From the NCBI GenBank assembly GCA_944392815.1, contig CALXXY010000001.1:5141-69140 (forward strand): DNA of 64,000 bases, given 5' to 3'. Below the pieces are notes generated by a model. That model had not been told where the DNA came from. It saw nothing but the letters and a program-made list of their open reading frames with translations, and did not search any database. Position 1 is the stretch's first letter, and the number at the start of each line of letters is the position of its first letter. The translations under genes were made by a program, and so were the position numbers. Source of the DNA: an uncultured Alphaproteobacteria bacterium. GTDB lineage: Bacteria; Pseudomonadota; Alphaproteobacteria; Rs-D84. Below, piece by piece: positions 1-9,496 of the stretch.

Positions 1-51
1 GGTCGATATCCGCGATGGCGAATATATTGGCACGGTGGCGTAAAAAATCTG

Positions 52-80
52 TTGGCAATGTGATTTAGAATTGCTATTAT
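52..80 (+). promoter_or_regulatory. sigma70-like promoter upstream of DD-carboxypeptidase gene (TTGGCA-N17-TATTAT)
   Basis: ttggca at 52-57, 17-nt spacer, tattat at 75-80. ATG at 88 is only 8 nt downstream, so the mRNA may be leaderless. Confidence 0.3.
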
Positions 81-87
81 CACAACC

Positions 88-1263
88 ATGAAAAAGAAAA
101 TATTTGTTCTGTTGTTGGCATTAATAACAACATCTGCGCACGCGGATTTTTCTACGCGCGCAAAATCAGCGTTTTTGATTGACTATGATTCTGGGGCCGA
201 AATAGTGGCCAAGGACGCAGACACACTTATGCCGCCGTCGTCCATGATAAAATTGATGACGTTGGCGGTGTTGTTTGATGAAATTCGCGCAGGGAATCTG
301 ACCATGGACGACAGATTGCCGGTATCGGAAAATGCCGACTATAATAATCCGCTGTGGTACCCGGCCAGTAAAATATGCCTGGTCGCGGGCCAGACGATTT
401 CTGTGCGGGACGCGATTTTGGGGCTGATTGTTTTATCTGGTGGCGACGCATCTGTGGTGGTGGCCGAAAAATTGGCCGGATCTGAATCTGCGTTCACCGA
501 ATTAATGCAGAAAAAGGCCCGCGAAATTGGTATGCGGCAATCTACTTTTGGTAATGCCAGTGGCCTGCCCAATCCAAACAATTTGATGACCAGTCGTGAA
601 TTGGCCATTTTGGCAAAACATATCATTTCTGATTATCCAGATTTGTATCCATTGTTTTCAACAAAGCGTTTCAAATTCAGCGAATATCAAAGTGATTGGT
701 GCCGTGAATGGGGACGCACGCACACCATGAATTATAACAAATTGCTGTTTACTATGTCCGGGGCCGACGGATTAAAAACTGGCCATACCGAAGACGGCGG
801 ATACGGCATGGTGGCCAGTGCCAAAATCGGTGGACGGCGATTGATTGGTGTTATAAATGGATTTAATGGGAAAAATCATGATGCTTTGGCGGCCGAAATG
901 AAAAAACTGTTGGAATACGGATATTCAAATACCATTAATCATACATTTTACAATCCTGGCGACAGTATCGTTGATATACCCGTGTGGTATGGGCGCCAGG
1001 ACAGCGTATCGGCCACTGTCGCAAAACCGTTTGTTGTGACTGTGCCAAAATCAGACGGCATGACGGGGCTGCGTGTTGTTGCACGGTATAATAACCCAGC
1101 CAGTGCGCCTGTGATGGCCGGCGACCAGGTTGGCGAAATTATCGCAACTCGAAATGGCACAGAAATTGCACGCGCACCGTTAATTGCACAAAACACTGTA
1201 AAGAAAACGCAATTTTTTGGACGCGTTATCAAAAACATTCGCGTGATATTTGGACTGGATTAA
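88..1263 (+). CDS. D-alanyl-D-alanine carboxypeptidase (PBP5/6, peptidase S11 family)
   Basis: 391-aa ORF with N-terminal signal peptide. Carries the SxxK (SMIK), SGN-like and KTG (LKTGHT) motifs of low-MW PBPs. Confidence 0.85.
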   Translation: MKKKIFVLLLALITTSAHADFSTRAKSAFLIDYDSGAEIVAKDADTLMPPSSMIKLMTLAVLFDEIRAGNLTMDDRLPVSENADYNNPLWYPASKICLVAGQTISVRDAILGLIVLSGGDASVVVAEKLAGSESAFTELMQKKAREIGMRQSTFGNASGLPNPNNLMTSRELAILAKHIISDYPDLYPLFSTKRFKFSEYQSDWCREWGRTHTMNYNKLLFTMSGADGLKTGHTEDGGYGMVASAKIGGRRLIGVINGFNGKNHDALAAEMKKLLEYGYSNTINHTFYNPGDSIVDIPVWYGRQDSVSATVAKPFVVTVPKSDGMTGLRVVARYNNPASAPVMAGDQVGEIIATRNGTEIARAPLIAQNTVKKTQFFGRVIKNIRVIFGLD

Positions 1264-2166
1264 ATGGCACCGCGTAAATCGTCAAAATCTTTTCATTTTC
1301 CGCACCCGATGGATAACGATACACTGGTCGGGCACGCAGATATATTACGCGATTTCACAAACGCATGGAATGGGCGCGCGGCCCACCCCGTGCACCCAGT
1401 GTGGATGTTGGCCGGCCCACGCGGAATTGGCAAAGCAACGTTGGCGTACAAAATCGCCAAAATGGTGTACGGCAATGTGGGGGATTTTTTTATTATTGAT
1501 ATGTCGCGCAATGTCGACAAAGACGGCAAATCTAAACCAGACGCCAAAAACATTTCTGTGTACACTGTGCGCGCAATGATTGAAAAAATGCAGATGTCGT
1601 CTATGTCCGGCGAATGGCGTGTGATATTAATTGATTCTGTTGATGAATTAACGACGTCTGCGGAAAATGCTATGTTAAAGTTATTAGAAGAACCGCCCGC
1701 AAAAACTTTGTTTTTGTTGGTTGTTCACCAATTGGCAAATGTTTTACCGACTGTGCGGTCGCGTGCACGCATTGAAAAAATGCGCCCGTTAAGTATGTCT
1801 GAATTACGTCAATTATGTGATAAATTTTTACCAGATGCGAATGTGGGTGATGAAATGTTGCGGTTGGCCAGCGGCAGTTTTGGTCGCATTGCGAACCTGA
1901 AAAAATCTGGGGGCGACGATATATATGATGAATTAATTGAATGTTTAAACAACCCGCACAGCCACAGCACTGACATGATGGCCGTGGCAAAAAAAATCGC
2001 AGCCGACCCCGCGCTGTACGGGATTTTACTGGACGCGATTGCCGCGTTCAGATTGGCTGATTTATATTCGTCGACCACACATGCAATCGCAGATATTACG
2101 CGGTTGAATCTGGAACCTGAAACGGCGATTTTTAAAATAATTACACAAATCAAAAAATGTTTATAG
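1264..2166 (+). CDS. holB: DNA polymerase III delta-prime subunit
   Basis: AAA+ P-loop GPRGIGKATLAYKIA and clamp-loader-like architecture. Immediately followed by tatD, as in many bacteria. Confidence 0.75.
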   Translation: MAPRKSSKSFHFPHPMDNDTLVGHADILRDFTNAWNGRAAHPVHPVWMLAGPRGIGKATLAYKIAKMVYGNVGDFFIIDMSRNVDKDGKSKPDAKNISVYTVRAMIEKMQMSSMSGEWRVILIDSVDELTTSAENAMLKLLEEPPAKTLFLLVVHQLANVLPTVRSRARIEKMRPLSMSELRQLCDKFLPDANVGDEMLRLASGSFGRIANLKKSGGDDIYDELIECLNNPHSHSTDMMAVAKKIAADPALYGILLDAIAAFRLADLYSSTTHAIADITRLNLEPETAIFKIITQIKKCL

Positions 2167-2915
2167 ACACCCATTGCCATTTAACTGATAACTATGTATC
2201 GGGCGATTTGCACGATGTTATTGCGCGCGCGGCGGCGGCAAATGTCGGCATGATGATATGCCCAACTGCAAATCCAGCCGACATCGCAGGCGCAATCAAA
2301 ATCGCCGAAACGCACGATAATATTTTCGCAACGATTGGTATCCACCCCGAATATGCCAGCACCGACGCCGCGCAGTATTTAACTGATGCTGTTTTGGAAA
2401 ATCCGCGTGTTGTTGGTGTGGGTGAAATTGGGCTGGATTACCACGGTGGCAACGATAATCGCGCGGCGCAAATCAAATTGTTTGAACAGCAATTGGAACT
2501 GGCGCGGCGACACAATTTGCCTGTGGCCATACATACCCGCGACGCAGAATCAGACACCGCCGCAATTTTAACAGGTGACGTACGCGGGGTTATGCACTGT
2601 TTCACCAGTTCATGGGATTTGGCAAAAACTATGTTGGATCGCGGTTTTTATTTTTCCGCCAGCGGTATTTTAACATTTAAAAATGCGGCAGACATTCGTG
2701 AAACGTTCGCCAAAATTCCAACTGACCGCATAGTCATTGAAACGGACAGTCCGTATTGCGCACCTGTGCCATATCGTGGCAAAACGTGCGAACCCGCATT
2801 TGTGATTGAAACTGCGCGCGTATTGGCCGATGTAAAGGGGTTGCAATTGGCTGATTTAGAATCTATACTGTATGAAAACACAATGAATTTATATCCAAAA
2901 TGCCACGTCAAATAA
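2157..2915 (+). CDS. tatD: TatD-family metal-dependent DNase/hydrolase
   Basis: Starts MFIDTHCHL, the typical TatD/YcfH N-terminus. Length is 252 aa. Confidence 0.85.
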   Translation: MFIDTHCHLTDNYVSGDLHDVIARAAAANVGMMICPTANPADIAGAIKIAETHDNIFATIGIHPEYASTDAAQYLTDAVLENPRVVGVGEIGLDYHGGNDNRAAQIKLFEQQLELARRHNLPVAIHTRDAESDTAAILTGDVRGVMHCFTSSWDLAKTMLDRGFYFSASGILTFKNAADIRETFAKIPTDRIVIETDSPYCAPVPYRGKTCEPAFVIETARVLADVKGLQLADLESILYENTMNLYPKCHVK

Positions 2916-3367
2916 TAAAATTTGGTCAGGTTTCCGAAAATCGCAAAGCGCGATACAGTTATTCTATTGAAGATACAATAGAGGCCGGAATTTCACTAAC
3001 CGGCGCAGAATTGAAATCTGTGCGGTATGGTTTGGTGACCATAGTTGATGGATTCGTGCAACGGCGCGGACGTGACCTGTATCTGGCGGGGGTGGAAATT
3101 CAAAAACTGCCCACTGCCGCACGCATTGTCAATTTCGACGAACGCCGGCCGCGGCAACTGTTGCTGCACCGGGCCCAGATTAATCGACTGATTGGGAAAT
3201 TACAGGAACGCGGCGCGACCATTGTGCCATTAAAGTTATATTTTAATAATCGCGGAAAATTAAAGGTTTTGTTGGGTGTGGGATACGGTAAAAACAAGGC
3301 CGACAAACGTGAAACCATTAAACGCCGCGAATGGGAAAAACATAAATCCAGAATATTAAAGGGTTAA
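2900..3367 (+). CDS. smpB: SsrA-binding protein SmpB
   Basis: 155 aa with the SmpB N-terminal consensus (NRKARYSYSIEDTIEAGISLTGAELKSVR) and a basic C-terminal tail. Confidence 0.9.
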   Translation: MPRQIIKFGQVSENRKARYSYSIEDTIEAGISLTGAELKSVRYGLVTIVDGFVQRRGRDLYLAGVEIQKLPTAARIVNFDERRPRQLLLHRAQINRLIGKLQERGATIVPLKLYFNNRGKLKVLLGVGYGKNKADKRETIKRREWEKHKSRILKG

Positions 3368-3370
3368 CGT

Positions 3371-3700
3371 ATGCAAACGAATATCATAAGCAAATTGATA
3401 ACGACGGCCGATTATAATCGCGCAAAATTTGCCATGCGAAATGCGGATTCTGTGCCCGTACAGGAAAACATGTTCAGCAGTTGCACCGCGACCGAGGTTG
3501 CCAATTGCGCGTTTCATGTGGTCAGGAATTTCGAAAATCCGAATTACACGTATAAAATGTTGGCGCCGTATATGACGCATGCCCAGATTGATAATTTATT
3601 AAAAAAATCTGTGCCTGTGTGGGTACATACTGTTAACAGATTTTTTCGTGCCCGCGAAAAATTCGCCCGGCGCGTTTATGGAACGCCAAAACAAATGTAA
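3371..3700 (+). CDS. hypothetical protein (109 aa)
   Basis: ORF between smpB and a clear terminator. No recognisable domain. Confidence 0.35.
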   Translation: MQTNIISKLITTADYNRAKFAMRNADSVPVQENMFSSCTATEVANCAFHVVRNFENPNYTYKMLAPYMTHAQIDNLLKKSVPVWVHTVNRFFRAREKFARRVYGTPKQM

Positions 3701-3701
3701 T

Positions 3702-3730
3702 AAAAAATCCGCATATTGCGGATTTTTTAT
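3702..3730. terminator. rho-independent terminator (bidirectional hairpin atccgca-tat-tgcggat flanked by A/T runs)
   Basis: Perfect 7-bp stem with a 3-nt loop, an A-run 5' and a T-run 3'. Lies between convergent genes. Confidence 0.6.
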
Positions 3731-4278
3731 TAGTCATTCATTTGTGCACGCATTTGGCGATGCAATTCGGTTTTAACCGCACGATATTCTTCGCGGGTTA
3801 TGCAACCGTTCTGGTCAATATCCATAACCGGCAACAACGCCTGTAATTGTGGACATTTAACAGACGACACCACCAGGCACCCATCATCAAAATCAACGCG
3901 TGGGCCACGAAATTCGTCGCAATCCAACAATTTTGCCGCACCAAATCCCAATGCGAATACAATTAAAACCATGATTAATTTAATCATGAAACGACCAAAG
4001 CGTGAACCGCCACGGACGCATTTGCAATCATGACCGCATTGGCAATGTTCGCCTGCGCCGCATTTACAATCCGCACCACACGGACATGTCGGCATTTCCG
4101 GCGCAATGACCTGTTCCACGGTTTCGACCGGTTTTTTCACCGCTTTTTTAGCAGCCGGTCGTTTGGCAGCAACCGTTTTTTTGGTTGTTGTTTTTTTGGT
4201 GGCCGCTGATTTAGCAGTTGTTTTTTTAACTGGTTTAGTTGGCATTTTATTCCTTCCTTTTTTTGTTTTACGCGACAA
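3730..4278 (-). CDS. chimeric small membrane protein: Lys-rich H1-like N-tail + Cys-cluster (metallothionein-like) + TM helix + C-terminal EF-hand
   Basis: 182-aa ORF. N-terminus is K/T/A-rich (KKTTAKSAATKKTTTKK...). Contains CPCGADCKCGAGEHCQCGHDCKC, then a hydrophobic helix FMIKLIMVLIVFALGFGAA. DIDQNGCITREE fits the 12-residue EF-hand loop consensus exactly. Confidence 0.55.
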   Translation of the reverse strand: MSRKTKKGRNKMPTKPVKKTTAKSAATKKTTTKKTVAAKRPAAKKAVKKPVETVEQVIAPEMPTCPCGADCKCGAGEHCQCGHDCKCVRGGSRFGRFMIKLIMVLIVFALGFGAAKLLDCDEFRGPRVDFDDGCLVVSSVKCPQLQALLPVMDIDQNGCITREEYRAVKTELHRQMRAQMND

Positions 4279-4312
4279 TTGTATTCAATCCAGGAATATA
4301 AGTAAAGGATAA

Positions 4313-4470
4313 AATTATTATTCCAGCGTGTGCGCTGCGCGCGGGAATAATAGAGTGGAGAGTGTAGAGTTTAGAGTGTAGATGTTGTCCGCGCATATGC
4401 GCGGGATACCACCCCGGCACTACGTGCCACCCCTCCGTAGAGGGGAACTTTGTTCTGCGACGGGGTGGTT
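4313..4470. repeat. mosaic palindromic intergenic repeat element, copy 1
   Basis: Contains cgcgcgggaataatagagtg, tandem gagtgtagagt 11-mers, the palindrome ccgcgcatatgcgcgg and cccctccgtagaggggaac. All recur at the five other loci listed. Confidence 0.8.
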
Positions 4471-4484
4471 ATTTTTCACTTGGG

Positions 4485-5408
4485 TTATTCGTCATCGTCG
4501 GGGGTGGCGCGCGGGTGGGCGTGTTCATAAATGTTCGTTATTTCCGCCATGTTTACCCTGGTGTACAATTGGGTGGTGGACAAAGACGAATGTCCCAACA
4601 ATTCCTGTAAACTGCGCAAATCTGCCCCACCCGCCAACAGTGCCGTGGCGAATGTATGTCGCAATGCGTGCGGCGTCACGTAATCAGGCAACTGTAAATA
4701 ATGGCGTAATTTTTCAACAACCTTTTCCGCCATGCGTGCCGACATAGGCAGGCCGCGTACACTGCGGAACAATGGGTCGTTTAGTGAATTGCCGAACGGG
4801 CGCAATTGAATATATTTATCAATCGCATCCAATACCGTCGGCAAAGTCGGGACCAGGCGTTCTTTGCCGCCTTTGCCCAATATGCGTAATGTATCTGGGC
4901 GGCCGCGAATGTCGATGTTTTTTAACGATAACGCTTCGGATATACGCAGGCCGCACCCAAACAGCAACATAACCAGTGCCCAATCGCGCGCAGCAATCCA
5001 TGGTTCTGATTCATCAACAACTGCGATGGCGTCGTGCATATCCCGAACGTCGGTGACGTCGATTGCCTTGGACAATTTACGCGGAATTTTTGGTGATGAA
5101 ATTAATCCAATCGCGTCATTTTTTATATCATGTGATTTGGCCAAAAATTTATAAAACCCACGCAACGATGACAGTGCCCGCGCAGTCGATGTATGTGATA
5201 AATTTCGACGTGCCCTGTCGGCCAACCAGGCACGAAAACATACGGTGTCTGCGCGTGCCACATCTGACAGCGAAACGTCCGCGCCAACATAGTTCCCCAG
5301 GAACCGAATAAAGTCGCGAATATCCGTTTCATACGCCGCAGATGTGTGCGCAGAATAGTTTTTAGTTTTTGTTAAATATTCAATAAATTCAATCAGATAT
5401 TCCGACAT
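4485..5408 (-). CDS. tyrosine site-specific recombinase, XerC/XerD family
   Basis: 307 aa with catalytic-region motifs HALRHTFAT and LGHSSLSTTQLYT. Sits in a housekeeping context, not next to a mobile element. Confidence 0.85.
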   Translation of the reverse strand: MSEYLIEFIEYLTKTKNYSAHTSAAYETDIRDFIRFLGNYVGADVSLSDVARADTVCFRAWLADRARRNLSHTSTARALSSLRGFYKFLAKSHDIKNDAIGLISSPKIPRKLSKAIDVTDVRDMHDAIAVVDESEPWIAARDWALVMLLFGCGLRISEALSLKNIDIRGRPDTLRILGKGGKERLVPTLPTVLDAIDKYIQLRPFGNSLNDPLFRSVRGLPMSARMAEKVVEKLRHYLQLPDYVTPHALRHTFATALLAGGADLRSLQELLGHSSLSTTQLYTRVNMAEITNIYEHAHPRATPDDDE

Positions 5409-5410
5409 GT

Positions 5411-6154
5411 TTATTTAATTTCAAAACTTGCAGATACGCTGACGGAAACTTCGGTATCTTTGGCAACTATGCTGCCCGCGGCGGAAAATGCAGCGGCATC
5501 AGCGGCAACCATTTTGGTCGATGCAGTCAGGAAATTTGACGCCCGTGGTTGTATCGTTGATGTGCCACCAACGTTGTATGAAACGCTTAACATTTTGCCC
5601 GCACTGCGACCGTCACCCGCCGCCAAAGCATCGGCACGTTCACGCGCATTTTCGACCGCCGCCGACAGGCAACTTTCCAAAATTGGTTTCATTGTTTCGG
5701 CACTGGTATACATGCGCAGATTTTCTGAATACACATCTTCCTGGCCGGCGAATTGGGTCAAGATTTTTTCAATCGTTTCGATGTTGTCGGCTGATACCTC
5801 GACTGCGATGGTTGTTTCTGTCCCCAGCACAACAGATTTTTCCAATTCACGATTCCATTCGCTGCGTTCGTATGAATTGAATTCGGTCGTCTGCATTTGG
5901 ACGTCCTGGGTTTTCAGGAATTTTGTGATTTCATTGATTTTGTCCGTCGCCATTTTCATGGACGTGGCGGCCGATTTATCCAATGTTGTCACGCGCAGTG
6001 TGATTGCGGTTCTGTCCTTTGGCGCGGTGGTTAAACATTCGCCATTGACCGATATTACGCGTGGCGTGTCCGGTTTGTCCACCCAACCAAACAACAATGC
6101 CAACACGGCGCCAACGCCAATTACACTGCCCGTCCAAATTAATGCGTTTTTCAT
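5411..6154 (-). CDS. SIMPL/DUF541-like periplasmic protein
   Basis: 247 aa with an N-terminal signal anchor. Composition and length resemble the 26 kDa periplasmic immunogenic protein family. The similarity was judged by eye. Confidence 0.5.
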   Translation of the reverse strand: MKNALIWTGSVIGVGAVLALLFGWVDKPDTPRVISVNGECLTTAPKDRTAITLRVTTLDKSAATSMKMATDKINEITKFLKTQDVQMQTTEFNSYERSEWNRELEKSVVLGTETTIAVEVSADNIETIEKILTQFAGQEDVYSENLRMYTSAETMKPILESCLSAAVENARERADALAAGDGRSAGKMLSVSYNVGGTSTIQPRASNFLTASTKMVAADAAAFSAAGSIVAKDTEVSVSVSASFEIK

Positions 6155-6182
6155 GTTTTCTCCTTTACCTTGGTTTTATATT

Positions 6183-7175
6183 TTATCCCAACATAGCGTG
6201 ATGAACGCGTTCATATGTTTTTTCCGCAACACTGCGCGCACGCGCAGCACCATCGGCCAAAATCCTGTCCAATTCAGACGTATTCGCCATTAACCGTTCG
6301 TATTCTGCGCGCGGGGCGGCCAATACCGAATTGATTTTTTCAAACAGTATTTTTTTCGCGTCACCATAACCCATGCCACCACGTTCAAAACGTGCGCGCA
6401 AATCCGCAATTTCTGTTGCTGTGGCAAAATGTTTGTACAATTGGAAAATTGTGGATTCGTCCGGATTTTTTGGTTCGTCTGGTAATTTGCTGTCCGTGAT
6501 TATGCGCATAATTTTCTTTTTCAATTCGGATTCAGGCGCAAATAACGGGATAACATTATCGTACGATTTACTCATTTTCCGGCCGTCCAGCCCGGGGATT
6601 ATGCCTGTGTCTGAACCAATCATGGGTTCGGGCAATTTAAACGTTTCGCCGTACAGGTGATTGAAATAGCCCGCAATGTCACGCGCAAATTCAACGTGCT
6701 GTTTTTGGTCGGCACCAACAGGAACCACATCTGTATCGTACAGCAATATGTCCGCCGCCATTAATATCGGATATGTATACAACCCCATATTCACCCCTGC
6801 ATCAGGATCGGCGCCGGCGGCCTCGTTTTTTTCCAGGGCGGCCTTGTACGAATGGGCACGGTTCATTAACCCCTTTGGCGTGACGTTCATCAACATTGTG
6901 GACAGTTGTGAAACCTGGACTATGTCGGATTGGCGAAACAGCGTCGCATTGTCCAAATTCAGTCCCAACGCCAATAAAATCGCCGCTATTTCATATGTGT
7001 GTTGCTGAATTTGTTTTGGGTCATGAATGATATTCAATGCGTGCAAATCGGCAATAAACACAAACGTTTTATCCGTTTTTGCCATTTCAATCAATGGTTT
7101 TAACGCACCAACATAGTTGCCCAAATGCGGTGTGCCAGTCGGTTTAATTCCAGTCAAAACAGTTTTATCAGACAT
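6183..7175 (-). CDS. trpS: tryptophan--tRNA ligase
   Basis: Class I HIGH region (TGTPHLGNYVG) and KMSKS motif (GRKMSKS). Length is 330 aa. Confidence 0.9.
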   Translation of the reverse strand: MSDKTVLTGIKPTGTPHLGNYVGALKPLIEMAKTDKTFVFIADLHALNIIHDPKQIQQHTYEIAAILLALGLNLDNATLFRQSDIVQVSQLSTMLMNVTPKGLMNRAHSYKAALEKNEAAGADPDAGVNMGLYTYPILMAADILLYDTDVVPVGADQKQHVEFARDIAGYFNHLYGETFKLPEPMIGSDTGIIPGLDGRKMSKSYDNVIPLFAPESELKKKIMRIITDSKLPDEPKNPDESTIFQLYKHFATATEIADLRARFERGGMGYGDAKKILFEKINSVLAAPRAEYERLMANTSELDRILADGAARARSVAEKTYERVHHAMLG

Positions 7176-7224
7176 TATAATTTCCTTTTGCGTTTTATGA
7201 TAACTTGTTTAGATTTCTTTTACC

Positions 7225-7260
7225 AGTAAAAAGAAATCCCACCGGAATCGGTGGGATTGA
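7225..7260 (-). terminator. rho-independent terminator downstream of rpsD
   Basis: Perfect hairpin aatcccaccg-gaat-cggtgggatt, followed on the minus strand by a T-rich run. Confidence 0.55.
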
Positions 7261-7277
7261 ATCTGTTCTGTTTTTTA

Positions 7278-7910
7278 TTAACGAGAATAGAATTCGACGA
7301 CCAGTTCCGGGAACATCTGGACCGGGTACGGAACATCTTCGAATGCCGGGACACGGGTAAATGTCGCGGTGAAGTTCGCACTGTCCACGTTGATATAATC
7401 CGGCCACTGACGTTCGGCGGATTCCAACGCCAACACGACCAACGGCATTTGTTTGGCCTTTTCGCTGACGGTGATGACATCGCCCGGTTTTACCTGATAC
7501 GATGCGATTTTCACGCGTTTGCCGTTAACATAGATGTGGCCGTGGCTGACCAACTGGCGGGCCGAAAATACAGTCGGCGCCAATTTAGCACGATACACAA
7601 CCGCGTCCAAACGGCGTTCCAACAGACCAATCAAATTGTCCGGTGTGTCACCGCGCATGTTGTCGGCCTCGATATAATATTTACGGAATTTCTTTTCGCC
7701 GATGTTGCCATAATAGCCCTTTAACGTCTGTTTTGCGCGCATCTGTTTTGCGTAATCAGACGAATTGCCACCGCGTGATGTTGGACCATGCTGGCCAGGT
7801 TTATATTTACGTTTGTTAAATGGCGATTTCGCCTGGCCCCACAGATTGACACCCAAACTGCGGCCGATTTTCAATTTTCTTGTGCTGCGCTTTGCGCCTG
7901 CTCTTGCCAT
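7278..7910 (-). CDS. rpsD: 30S ribosomal protein S4
   Basis: 210 aa with a strong match to bacterial S4 ([25 protein letters not shown]...). Confidence 0.95.
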   Translation of the reverse strand: MARAGAKRSTRKLKIGRSLGVNLWGQAKSPFNKRKYKPGQHGPTSRGGNSSDYAKQMRAKQTLKGYYGNIGEKKFRKYYIEADNMRGDTPDNLIGLLERRLDAVVYRAKLAPTVFSARQLVSHGHIYVNGKRVKIASYQVKPGDVITVSEKAKQMPLVVLALESAERQWPDYINVDSANFTATFTRVPAFEDVPYPVQMFPELVVEFYSR

Positions 7911-8029
7911 AATTAATATCCTTTTGTTTTTGGTTTTTTATGGTGCCGGACATTTCACAGAATCCTTATCGTCAATATGACCAAAATACATATTGCTTAT
8001 TCAGTTCTGGTTATCCAGCGGCGTTCAGT

Positions 8030-8884
8030 TTATATTGTTTTTCGCGAAAAATCAAGTAAATTGTGTAATGTTGCAAAGTTGGTCACCCCGCAATCGCGCG
8101 CAAATTTATATGCATCGTCAAAATGACGCCCCAACTGGCATGATTTATGCGCGTCGTCCGACAATAATACCGGAATATTTTTTGCCGCAGCCGCACGCAG
8201 AATACGCGCAGACGGGTACGGTTCATATATTTCCGGTTTGTACAGGCCTGTGTTGATTTCCATGGCAATGCCGGCGGCCGCAATGGCGTCCAGTGCACGA
8301 TTTTCCGCCGTGCACCATTTTTCGTCACGCCCCAGGCCAACCTTTTTCGGTAAATCAATGTGCGCAATCCATGTAAACAGCCCGCTGGCTGCGGCGGCGG
8401 CAACTTTGTCCCAATACATTTGCAGCATTTTATCACGCACGTCCGGCGTTGCGTTTGCCATATCGTGCACATTGCACAGATTATCGTCATAATACACAAA
8501 ATGCGACGAACCTATGACATAATCGGGGTGCAGTTCATCAATCGCGCGTAAAAATCCGTCGCGCCACCAGGCGGTGGGGAAAAAGTCCACCTCCATTCCG
8601 CACAGAATTCGCATGTCTGTATCGGATTGAAATTTGCGCAATTCCGCATAATGCGGGCGAAATTTTTCCATAACGCGGTCAAAAGAATCCAAATAAATCG
8701 CGTCGTACCCGCCACGAACCGCATGCGGATACATGCGGGCGCGCGTAATGTCTGGGTGCACAATGAAATGATTTGATACCCCCAACACGCTGAACCCGGC
8801 GGCACGCGCGGACGCGGCCATTTCGGCAATGGTGTTTGCACCGTCAAATCCGACTGTGTGCGTGTGCAGAGTGAACGTTTGCAT
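8030..8884 (-). CDS. PHP-domain phosphoesterase (histidinol-phosphatase-like)
   Basis: N-terminal HTHT metal-binding motif (MQTFTLHTHTVGFDG) typical of the PHP family. Length is 284 aa. Confidence 0.65.
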   Translation of the reverse strand: MQTFTLHTHTVGFDGANTIAEMAASARAAGFSVLGVSNHFIVHPDITRARMYPHAVRGGYDAIYLDSFDRVMEKFRPHYAELRKFQSDTDMRILCGMEVDFFPTAWWRDGFLRAIDELHPDYVIGSSHFVYYDDNLCNVHDMANATPDVRDKMLQMYWDKVAAAAASGLFTWIAHIDLPKKVGLGRDEKWCTAENRALDAIAAAGIAMEINTGLYKPEIYEPYPSARILRAAAAKNIPVLLSDDAHKSCQLGRHFDDAYKFARDCGVTNFATLHNLLDFSRKTI

Positions 8885-8885
8885 A

Positions 8886-9425
8886 TTAGAATTTTACCTG
8901 GGGGGCAACCTTTTCGGATTCGTCCATTTCAAACATTTGTTCTTGGGTGATGTTAAACATGCGCGCAACCAAATTCGATGGGAACTGTTCAATTTGCGTA
9001 TTCAGCCCCATAACAACATTATTGTAAAACTGGCGCGCCGCCTGGATTTTAGTTTCCGTGTCGGTCAATTCGCGCTGTAATTCCAGAAAATTTTCGTTCG
9101 CCCGCAAAGTCGGATAATTTTCAGAAATTGCGAACAGATTTTTCAATGTTTCGGTTAATTTATTTTCTGCGTCTGCACGATTTGCGCCACCCGCCGCCAT
9201 GGCCGCGTCGCGCGCACGCGTGACGGATTCCAGTGTTTCGCGTTCATGCTTGGCCGCGCCACGCACTGTTTCAATTAAATTCGGAATTAAATCATAACGC
9301 CGTTTTAATTGTGTGTCGATTGTGGACCAGGCCTCGCGTACTTGATTACGGCGCGCGACAAGTCCGTTGTACACGGCGATAAAATACAATAATATTACGG
9401 CAACGATTGCAATTGTGGTCCACAT
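8886..9425 (-). CDS. lemA: LemA family membrane protein
   Basis: Starts MWTTIAIVAVILLYFIAVYNGLV...QVREAWSTIDTQLKRRYDLIPNL, the LemA consensus. The tool ORF extends to 9689, but that extension lies in the repeat element, and the ATG at 9423-9425 fits LemA. Confidence 0.8.
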   Translation of the reverse strand: MWTTIAIVAVILLYFIAVYNGLVARRNQVREAWSTIDTQLKRRYDLIPNLIETVRGAAKHERETLESVTRARDAAMAAGGANRADAENKLTETLKNLFAISENYPTLRANENFLELQRELTDTETKIQAARQFYNNVVMGLNTQIEQFPSNLVARMFNITQEQMFEMDESEKVAPQVKF

Positions 9426-9496
9426 AGTAAAAACTCCCTTTGGTTCGTTATGTGTTTTATTGTATACGCAGGAATTAATAAAAGCAAATCGTTTTC

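Noticed and set aside
5460-6293. Long antisense ORFs opposite real genes (5460-6293, 7251-7724, 18275-18826, 41242-41871, 41448-42146, 46326-46790, 62081-62680)
   Set aside because: Each overlaps a well-supported conserved gene on the other strand (SIMPL/trpS, rpsD, rnj, ftsH, groEL, ackA). They have low-complexity, Arg/Cys/His-rich composition typical of non-coding frames.
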